From contig CAIRUC010000057.1 of NCBI GenBank assembly GCA_903881665.1, positions 34,538-98,537 of the forward strand: a stretch of DNA of 64,000 nucleotides. The letters run 5' to 3'. The stretch is from an uncultured Bacteroidota bacterium. Lineage in GTDB: Bacteria > Bacteroidota > Bacteroidia > AKYH767-A > OLB10. A program made the position numbers and the translations under genes. Under the pieces are notes generated by a model. It made no database searches. It had not been told where the DNA came from and was given only the letters and a program-made list of their open reading frames with translations. The first letter of the stretch is position 1. The number at the start of each line of letters is the position of its first letter. This document shows, piece by piece, positions 56,828-64,000 of this stretch.

Positions 56828-59146
56828 TCAATAAACCATCACCTTTGTAGTGCATTTTTGCTGTCCAGCTGCATCAGCAGAATAGATGATATAAACTCCG
56901 GTTTTTACTTTTTGCCCCGACAAGTTTCTTCCATCCCAAATAACTTGCGCACCAATTGATTTACCCTCAAAAACAAGTCCTCCACAAATATCGGTTATTT
57001 TAAAAGTACCGTTCGGGATTACTCCTTTTACAGCAATAGACCCTTCATAATCTCTCTTCACAGGATTTGGATACACCAACAAATCTCCACATGATTCTCC
57101 GCCAATAATGGCATCCCCTTGATAACTGATTATTCCTTTTTCTGTTCCTATAAAAACCTCTCCGGTTTCATCATTAATTGCCAAAGCGGAAATATTATCA
57201 GAAAACAACGGACTATTTTCAGTAGTGAAATGCTTAATCTGATCTTGGCCATCGGCACTCAATAAATAAACTCCAGAACTTTCCGTTCCTATCCATTTAC
57301 GATTTGCTCCATCAATTGCAATTACTGTAACCACATCGGTGGCTAATAAATATTGATAGGTGTTATCTTGTTTTATAAGAATCTGCTGAGGAGTAATACT
57401 AGGAGGATAAAAAACATAAACCCCTTGATCGGTTCCTGCCCAAATTGTTCCATCTAGATCCATTTTTATAATCCTTACTCTATTCGAGCCAAAGTCAACA
57501 ATTTCAAACTGATCGTCAGATGTATTATCAAGGGTTTGATTATCGTTAAATACTAAAATCCCTTCTTTACCTCCTATATTTTCAAATACACTTAGCCACT
57601 TATAACCATTTTGATCAGCTATTAATTGTCCGCAAATACTACTACTGCTAATCTGCCCTGGAAAACTATACGCCTTCCACTGACCGTTATTCTTTAATAC
57701 GTTAATAACAGAAGCCGTACCTGCATTCGACACCCAAAGATTTCTATTATCATCTAACATCATACCGTGCACTTTTACTTGTCCAGGATTACCTAACTGT
57801 TGAAGTAAGGTACTATTCGTATCACGATAGAATTTCAGAGGCGAACCTGTTTTAGTTACTTCATCATATTGAAACTCTAACAATCCAGGGCCTGTTGCCC
57901 CAACAAAAACATGATTGGCATCGGCAGGATCAATAACCAATGAAACATTATCATAGAAACTTAATTGATAAAACAATGGTGTTTCAGCAGAGTAACCATC
58001 GAAGGATGTCCAATCAGCATTCGAAAATCGAGAGAATCCTTGTGGCGAATATATATTTTTCCACCCTCTATTTTTCGGACCGTGCGAAACCCAAAGGACA
58101 TTATTCTGAATCTGAATATCATTAGAAGAAGAGCTAAAAGGACCATCAGGATTATAATATCCAATTCCACTATTATCGACTTTTATTAATCCTTTATTAT
58201 GATCGGCCACCCATACATTTTGCGACGCATCAATAATACCATCTCTCACTGCGGCACCACCTATAATAGAACCATCTACATATTTAATTCTGTTAAATAC
58301 ATTATCGAAAACCGAAACAGCAAACGACTCTGAGACAACAAAATCATTATTAACCTCTGCGATATTATACTTTTGCGAAACAGATTGCAAGGATAACGGC
58401 AATGGATATCCCCAATTACCATCATACGCCATAATACTATCGCCTGCCGATTTTGAATAGCTAACCAAAAGAATATTATTATGTACAACGGCATTTTTAA
58501 AATATCCTAAATCACCAGTGTCGTCGAGAATTTTTGTCCATGCACTAAAATTAGCTGGATTTGTATTTAGTTTTTCAATTCTGTACACTCCATCTTCGGC
58601 AGCAGCATAAAGATAAGTTGCATCAAAAGCCATCTCATATACTTCACTTAACCCTGAAGGGCCAACGTAATAGGTATCTTTAATTTCATTTCTCTGTAAA
58701 TCAATTATCACAATACCGAAACCACAAGCCAGGTAAGCATATCGTCCATCTACAGTTACATTATTTATGCGTTTATTACCTGGAATATTTTTACGCTTAA
58801 TATCAGAAATATTAATCACCGACATATCATCACTCAACAAATCGACATTCGTATTGCTATATGCAATTACCAATTTATGATAGCCTGCGCTATACGAAAT
58901 ATCGGAAATGCCAAAATCACTTAACCCATTTAGCTTCGACAAACGAACAATTTCATTTTCATCGGAAGAATATGAATAAAACCCATCATCCGTAGAGCAA
59001 TAAATTTTTCTACCCGCATCAGCCAAAAAACGAGCGTGAATATATGGCAAATGATCGCGCCAATGTCCAAGTTCGAACGGTTGAGAAAAACCGTTAATAG
59101 AAGTGAGAACCGAAAAAATAATTATTGCAAGGAGGAGTCGTTTCAT
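56828..59146 (-). CDS. Double beta-propeller (two-component-regulator-propeller type) protein with T9SS CTD; PorZ-like
   Basis: Start set to ATG 59146 (MKRLLLAIIIFSVLTSINGFSQ). Repeated Reg_prop-like blades (WVGT/WIGT/FIGTE.G). CTD is LLVYPNPVKRDYEG...GVYIIY. Architecture and size resemble the T9SS component PorZ. Confidence 0.6.
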   Translation of the reverse strand: MKRLLLAIIIFSVLTSINGFSQPFELGHWRDHLPYIHARFLADAGRKIYCSTDDGFYSYSSDENEIVRLSKLNGLSDFGISDISYSAGYHKLVIAYSNTNVDLLSDDMSVINISDIKRKNIPGNKRINNVTVDGRYAYLACGFGIVIIDLQRNEIKDTYYVGPSGLSEVYEMAFDATYLYAAAEDGVYRIEKLNTNPANFSAWTKILDDTGDLGYFKNAVVHNNILLVSYSKSAGDSIMAYDGNWGYPLPLSLQSVSQKYNIAEVNNDFVVSESFAVSVFDNVFNRIKYVDGSIIGGAAVRDGIIDASQNVWVADHNKGLIKVDNSGIGYYNPDGPFSSSSNDIQIQNNVLWVSHGPKNRGWKNIYSPQGFSRFSNADWTSFDGYSAETPLFYQLSFYDNVSLVIDPADANHVFVGATGPGLLEFQYDEVTKTGSPLKFYRDTNSTLLQQLGNPGQVKVHGMMLDDNRNLWVSNAGTASVINVLKNNGQWKAYSFPGQISSSSICGQLIADQNGYKWLSVFENIGGKEGILVFNDNQTLDNTSDDQFEIVDFGSNRVRIIKMDLDGTIWAGTDQGVYVFYPPSITPQQILIKQDNTYQYLLATDVVTVIAIDGANRKWIGTESSGVYLLSADGQDQIKHFTTENSPLFSDNISALAINDETGEVFIGTEKGIISYQGDAIIGGESCGDLLVYPNPVKRDYEGSIAVKGVIPNGTFKITDICGGLVFEGKSIGAQVIWDGRNLSGQKVKTGVYIIYSADAAGQQKCTTKVMVY

Positions 59147-59313
59147 TGTAGATGTCAATGGGGTGTAATAACTATTAGGAGCCCAATTTTATTGTAAGTG
59201 CACTAAAATAATAATAAACAAGCACCCTTGCCATACAAACCAATCAATTTCACCTTTAGCTAGCCCTGAATTGCGTATTATACCTTATTTTTGCACCTTC
59301 AAATAAATAAGCC

Positions 59314-61059
59314 ATGTTAAGATCACATACTTGCGGGGAGTTAACCATAGCGAATATCGGAGAAAAAGTAACCCTTTGCGGGTGGGTTCAGAAATCGAGA
59401 GATTTAGGTGGACTTACCTTCATCGATTTAAGGGATCGTTATGGAATTACCCAATTGGCTTTCAATATGGATGTTCATTCGACACTTTGCCTTGAGGCTC
59501 GTAAGATAGGACGTGAATTTGTAATTAAAGCAATAGGATCGGTAAAAGAGCGTGAAAGTAAAAACTTGAAAATGGCCACAGGCGAGATTGAAATTGTTGT
59601 TGATCACTTAGAAGTATTAAATGCAGCCATCACTCCTCCTTTCACCATTGAAGAACAAACCGATGGCGGCGACGATCTGCGTATGAAATATCGCTATCTT
59701 GATTTACGTCGCGCAAATGTTAGAGCGAACCTCGAATTGCGCCACAGAATAGCAATAGAAAGTAGAAACTATCTCGACAAACTAAAGTTCCTAGAAGTAG
59801 AAACGCCTGTGTTAATTAAATCTACACCAGAAGGCGCCCGTGACTTTGTTGTTCCATCACGCATGAATCAAGGGCAATTTTATGCTTTACCACAATCACC
59901 GCAAACGTTTAAGCAGTTATTAATGGTAGCAGGATTCGATCGTTACTATCAAATTGTAAAATGCTTCCGCGACGAAGATTTGAGAGCTGACCGTCAGCCT
60001 GAATTTACACAGATCGACTGTGAAATGAGCTTTATTGAAAGAGAAGATATTTTAAATACGTTTGAAGGATTAGTTCGTCATCTTTTCGAATCTGTAAAAG
60101 GAATTAAAATTGATTCCTTACCTCGAATGAGCTATGCGGATGCGATGAAGTACTATGGTTGTGACAAACCAGACACAAGATTCGACATGCAATTTGTTGA
60201 ATTAAATGAACGCGTAAAAAACAAAGGCTTTAAAGTATTTGATGATGCTGAATTAGTAATCGGGATAAACGCAAAAGGATGTTCAGAGTATACGCGTAAG
60301 CAACTAGATGAATTAACCAACTTTGTTAAGCGGCCTCAAATTGGAGCCACAGGATTAGTATATGCACGAGTAAATTCTGATGGAACGGTTAAGTCAAGCG
60401 TAGATAAATTTTACGATGCTGAACAATTAAATGCGTGGGCTGAAAAAATGAATGCTCAACCTGGCGACCTTATTTTAATTCTTGCTGGCGGAATCAATAA
60501 AACACGAAAGGCGATGAGTGAGCTGCGCCTTGAAATGGGTACTCGCTTAGGGCTTCGCGACAAAAACACCTTTAGTTGTTTATGGGTTATCGATTTCCCT
60601 TTACTAGAATACAGTGAAGAAGTAAATCGTTACTTTGCGATGCACCACCCTTTCACTTCTCCTTTGCCAGAAGACTTAACATTAATAAAAGAAAATCCAG
60701 GTGCGGTAAGAGCAAATGCATATGACATGGTAATAAATGGTGTCGAAGTAGGCGGAGGATCGATTCGTATTCATGATCGCAATTTACAATCTCAAATGTT
60801 TTCCTTGTTAGGTTTTACCACTGAAGAAGCGCAAGACCAATTCGGGTTTCTGATGAATGCCTTTGAATTTGGAGCACCTCCACATGGAGGAATTGCATTT
60901 GGATTCGACCGTTTATGCTCTCTATTCGGAGGATCAGAAAGTATTCGCGACTTCATTGCATTCCCTAAAAATAATAGTGGACGCGATGTCATGATTGATG
61001 CCCCATCAGTAATTCATAATGATCAATTAAAAGAATTAGGAATCGACGTAAAAGAATAA
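59314..61059 (+). CDS. aspS: Aspartyl-tRNA synthetase
   Basis: OB-fold N-terminus ([24 protein letters not shown]). Class II motifs [33 protein letters not shown] and GGGSIRIH / GFDRL. TATTTTTG box 20 nt upstream. Confidence 0.95.
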   Translation: MLRSHTCGELTIANIGEKVTLCGWVQKSRDLGGLTFIDLRDRYGITQLAFNMDVHSTLCLEARKIGREFVIKAIGSVKERESKNLKMATGEIEIVVDHLEVLNAAITPPFTIEEQTDGGDDLRMKYRYLDLRRANVRANLELRHRIAIESRNYLDKLKFLEVETPVLIKSTPEGARDFVVPSRMNQGQFYALPQSPQTFKQLLMVAGFDRYYQIVKCFRDEDLRADRQPEFTQIDCEMSFIEREDILNTFEGLVRHLFESVKGIKIDSLPRMSYADAMKYYGCDKPDTRFDMQFVELNERVKNKGFKVFDDAELVIGINAKGCSEYTRKQLDELTNFVKRPQIGATGLVYARVNSDGTVKSSVDKFYDAEQLNAWAEKMNAQPGDLILILAGGINKTRKAMSELRLEMGTRLGLRDKNTFSCLWVIDFPLLEYSEEVNRYFAMHHPFTSPLPEDLTLIKENPGAVRANAYDMVINGVEVGGGSIRIHDRNLQSQMFSLLGFTTEEAQDQFGFLMNAFEFGAPPHGGIAFGFDRLCSLFGGSESIRDFIAFPKNNSGRDVMIDAPSVIHNDQLKELGIDVKE

Positions 61060-61174
61060 AATCAACGTTGATGAAGAAGGATATATTCAAATCGAGTATA
61101 CCCCTTTGTTTTTTATTCCATAGAATAACTTGCAAACGATTAATGTGTATTTTTGAACTAGAACACAAATCAGA

Positions 61175-62584
61175 ATGTTATTTAACTCATTACAGTTTCT
61201 TATTTACTTTTTATTTGTAACCACATGCTATTTTGCCATACCGCATAAATATAGAGTGCTTTTGCTGCTTATTGCTAGCTGCTTTTTTTACATGTCGTTT
61301 ATTCCGGTTTATTTATTTATTCTCGGAGGCTCTATCGTAGTTGATTATATTGCAGGAATTGCTATCGAAAAATCGTCGGGAGCAAAACGAAAGTCGTTTT
61401 TGATTTTAAGTTTAGCAGCTAACATCGGAGTGTTAACAGTGTTTAAATACTACAATTTTATAGCAGAGAATATCAACTTAATTTCAATCGCTGCTTTTAA
61501 CTCGAGAGCATTAGAAACATTGAAGATACTATTACCCATCGGATTGTCCTTCCATACATTTCAAGCAATGAGTTACACAATAGAAGTGTATAGAAGCAAT
61601 CAAAAAGCAGAAAAAAACTTTGGCGTATATGCATTGTATGTGCTTTTTTATCCTCAATTAGTTGCCGGGCCAATTGAGCGACCGCAAAATTTAATTCATC
61701 AATTTTACGATGAACACACCTTCAATATTGAACGCTTTAAAAGTGGGTTGACATTAATGCTAATCGGACTTTTTAAGAAAGTAGTTATTGCCGATCGACT
61801 ATCAATAGCTGTTGATTATTCATACAGTAATTTAAATCAGCAAAGCGGACTATCATTAGCTGTTGCGACATTTTTCTATTGCTTTCAAATCTATTGCGAT
61901 TTTTCAGGCTATTCAGATATGGCAATTGGCGCGGCAAGAATTATGGGATTCGACTTAATGAAAAACTTCAATGCCCCATATTTCTCAAAAAATTTATCAG
62001 AATTCTGGAAAAGGTGGCATATCTCATTATCAACATGGTTTAAAGACTATTTGTACATTCCATTGGGAGGAAACCGAGTGAGCTCCTTCCGTAAATTTTT
62101 CAATTTGTTTATTGTATTTGCCTTAAGCGGCCTATGGCACGGAGCAAATTATACTTTTATTGTTTGGGGAGTTATGCATGCACTTCTATTAGGGTATTCG
62201 CAACTAAAGAGCTACGCCATGAAGAAAAGTGGAATCCTTTTTCCTGTAAATAAATTTACGCGATTAGCCTCCACTACAACTACATTTATTGCAGTTTGGC
62301 TAACGTGGATATTATTTCGATCTCCTTCAATTACAGAAGCAAGAATTATTTTTAGTACGCTTTTTAGATTAGAATTGAGCGACACGATAGATTTAATGCT
62401 TAATAAAACTGAATTGATATTTTGTTTTCTGTTAATCGCAATGCTTGTCGCCTATGATCATTACATTAAAGAATTAAAAACCACAAATACGAAATTATTT
62501 ATTGCAAGCACGATACTATTAATTGCATTTTGCTACTTTTTGGGAGTCTTTAATCACAAACAATTTATCTACTTCCAATTCTGA
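61175..62584 (+). CDS. MBOAT-family membrane O-acyltransferase (AlgI/DltB-like)
   Basis: Starts MLFNSLQFLIYF. Contains FWKRWHISLSTWFKDYLYIPLGGNR and the conserved His in LSGLWHGANYTF. TATTTTTG box 19 nt upstream. Confidence 0.85.
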   Translation: MLFNSLQFLIYFLFVTTCYFAIPHKYRVLLLLIASCFFYMSFIPVYLFILGGSIVVDYIAGIAIEKSSGAKRKSFLILSLAANIGVLTVFKYYNFIAENINLISIAAFNSRALETLKILLPIGLSFHTFQAMSYTIEVYRSNQKAEKNFGVYALYVLFYPQLVAGPIERPQNLIHQFYDEHTFNIERFKSGLTLMLIGLFKKVVIADRLSIAVDYSYSNLNQQSGLSLAVATFFYCFQIYCDFSGYSDMAIGAARIMGFDLMKNFNAPYFSKNLSEFWKRWHISLSTWFKDYLYIPLGGNRVSSFRKFFNLFIVFALSGLWHGANYTFIVWGVMHALLLGYSQLKSYAMKKSGILFPVNKFTRLASTTTTFIAVWLTWILFRSPSITEARIIFSTLFRLELSDTIDLMLNKTELIFCFLLIAMLVAYDHYIKELKTTNTKLFIASTILLIAFCYFLGVFNHKQFIYFQF

Positions 62585-63627
62585 TGAAAAAGGTTTGCTC
62601 CTATTTATTTTTAATATTAACTGTAGCGATTTACTATTGCAGCAACAATTCATCTATTATAGAATACTACTCTGAATACAGAATCGGAAAACCATTTATT
62701 TCGCCAGGGCATCGTGGATTAGGAGACCTTTATAACATGTGTTTTATTTCGGAATTTAACACCTCCATTGAATATGCATTACCTGAAATTAAATCAAAAA
62801 AAAGCGACATTGATTTATATGTAATTTGTGATAGTTACTTAATGAGTCATTTGAAAAAAGAAAATGTAGCAAATATTGATTCATTCTTTAAAATGAAGTG
62901 GTGGGATGAATCAACTTACAAGACAATTAAAGGACTGAATAAAAATAAGCACAATATTTTAGTCATAGAAATGTCGGAACGATTTGTGCGTGGCAACTGC
63001 AACAACTATTCAACACTAACAAATCCCATACTATTTGACAGTACCTTCCAAGAGGGCAAAACGAAAATATCATTAGATGGAGAAGAGAAGTCGTTTTTAG
63101 AAAAGCATTTTTTCAATCCAAACATAAACAGTAATCTTGAAATGAACTTGTTTGATTACACGCTTTTTTATCCACTTAAAGAAATCAAAGGCAATTTAAA
63201 CTACCATTGGTTTAACAGAATTCCAGAAGATGTTTATATTGACAAGGAAAATTACTTTCTCTACTACAAGCCAACATTACTGGGAGAACAAAACATGAAC
63301 TCATTCTTTCCTATCGACAGCAGCGAAATCGATAACATTACATGTACATTAAATCGGGCATTTTCATATTACCGCAACCATGGATTTAATGAAATTTACT
63401 TTTCAATTATTCCAAATCCTGTAAGTGTTATTAATCCGGGGTTGGGCGTTTACAATAAATTAATACCGCAACTAATGCGAGAAGGCCAATTGCACTGTAA
63501 AAAAATTGATGCGTATTTATTATTTATAAAGAATGCAAAATCCTATTATATCAACAGCGATACTCATTGGAATAGTAGCGGATTAAACAAATGGGTGCGA
63601 ACATTAAACGACTCACTAACTAAATAA
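62584..63627 (+). CDS. AlgJ/AlgX-like DHHW-motif protein, partner of the MBOAT
   Basis: N-terminal anchor and a SDTHWNSSG motif near the C-terminus (the D-x-H-W hallmark of AlgJ-type acyl-transfer partners). Start overlaps the MBOAT stop (ATGA). Confidence 0.55.
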   Translation: MKKVCSYLFLILTVAIYYCSNNSSIIEYYSEYRIGKPFISPGHRGLGDLYNMCFISEFNTSIEYALPEIKSKKSDIDLYVICDSYLMSHLKKENVANIDSFFKMKWWDESTYKTIKGLNKNKHNILVIEMSERFVRGNCNNYSTLTNPILFDSTFQEGKTKISLDGEEKSFLEKHFFNPNINSNLEMNLFDYTLFYPLKEIKGNLNYHWFNRIPEDVYIDKENYFLYYKPTLLGEQNMNSFFPIDSSEIDNITCTLNRAFSYYRNHGFNEIYFSIIPNPVSVINPGLGVYNKLIPQLMREGQLHCKKIDAYLLFIKNAKSYYINSDTHWNSSGLNKWVRTLNDSLTK

Positions 63628-63652
63628 AAAAGGCAGCCTCATCGACTGCCTT
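63621..63652 (-). terminator. Rho-independent terminator of the minus-strand gene at the window end
   Basis: Minus strand reads AAGGCAG-tcgatgagg-CTGCCTT followed by TTTTATTTA. Confidence 0.65.
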
Positions 63653-63672
63653 AAAAATTAAATTAAATTTTA

Positions 63673-64000
63673 TTACTGACGAATTGTTACTCTTCTAGAA
63701 TAAGAAGAATCATCCGTTTGAATTTTAACAAAGTAATATCCTGGTTTTTTATCGAGTAAATTAATAGAAAAGGTATTCCCATTTTGGCGATCCATTTCAA
63801 CTTTGTCGACCACATTACCCAATAAATCGTAAACCACGGCTTTGGGGCTATTTGTTAAAGAATTAGGGAATGAGAAATTTACCAGACCGGTACTAGGTTG
63901 AGGGAAAACCGAAACGAAATCTTTTATTAAGAAAGGTCTTGCGTTATCATCTGATTGGGCAATAAGATTAAGCTGAAAGAAAAACAGAATTGCTATTAGG
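63673..64000 (-). CDS. Partial (5' end outside the window) mini-protein: signal-peptide-like segment followed almost directly by a T9SS CTD
   Basis: My translation of the minus strand, in frame with the stop at 63673-63675, is ..LIAILFFFQLNLIAQSDDNARPFLIKDFVSVFPQPSTGLVNFSF...LLDKKPGYYFVKIQTDDSSYSRRVTIRQ*. It is not in the ORF track because the start lies beyond 64000. Confidence 0.55.
   Translation of the reverse strand, partial: LIAILFFFQLNLIAQSDDNARPFLIKDFVSVFPQPSTGLVNFSFPNSLTNSPKAVVYDLLGNVVDKVEMDRQNGNTFSINLLDKKPGYYFVKIQTDDSSYSRRVTIRQ

Noticed and set aside
61061-61072. Perfect 12-nt palindrome ATCAACGTTGAT immediately after the aspS stop.
   Set aside because: It is too short and has no loop or T-tract, so it is not a terminator. 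A single occurrence gives no basis for calling an operator.
1-64000. CRISPR arrays, IS elements or transposases, integrases, prophage genes and rRNA.
   Set aside because: Coding density is high and every gap over 100 nt was read. No spaced direct repeats, terminal inverted repeats or recombinase-like ORFs were seen. The tRNA at 25077-25153 has no adjacent integrase or direct repeat of its 3' end.

Overview
This 64-kb window is a densely coded (about 50 genes), low-GC chromosomal segment that looks like Bacteroidota. Six proteins carry type IX secretion (T9SS) C-terminal sorting domains, two TonB-dependent receptors have CarboxypepD_reg-like N-termini, and TAnnTTTG -7 promoter boxes recur. Most genes are housekeeping: ubiX, queG, ruvB, mce, kbl, dprA, kynA, ridA, comF, hflX, a TonB-family gene, an M1 aminopeptidase and aspS, plus one tRNA with a CAT anticodon. 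Accessory modules include a TonB-receptor/HmuY-like/HmuY-like-CTD operon, a FIST/PAS histidine kinase/REC operon, two ABC systems, a secreted amidohydrolase pair, an MBOAT+DHHW pair and a 1473-aa repeat-rich T9SS protein. I saw no CRISPR array, transposase, integrase or rRNA. The main candidate for something new is at 43605..46631. There a stand-alone reverse-transcriptase-like gene has all RT motifs in order, but its catalytic box reads YIDN instead of YxDD, and it ends in a helical-repeat tail. It starts 6 nt after an unusual signal-peptide/CxxCH/DoxX fusion gene, and its stop codon overlaps the stop of the convergent ridA. That leaves no room for the ncRNA, template repeat or intron RNA that known RT systems use. 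All calls come from reading the translations and the DNA by eye; no database search was run.
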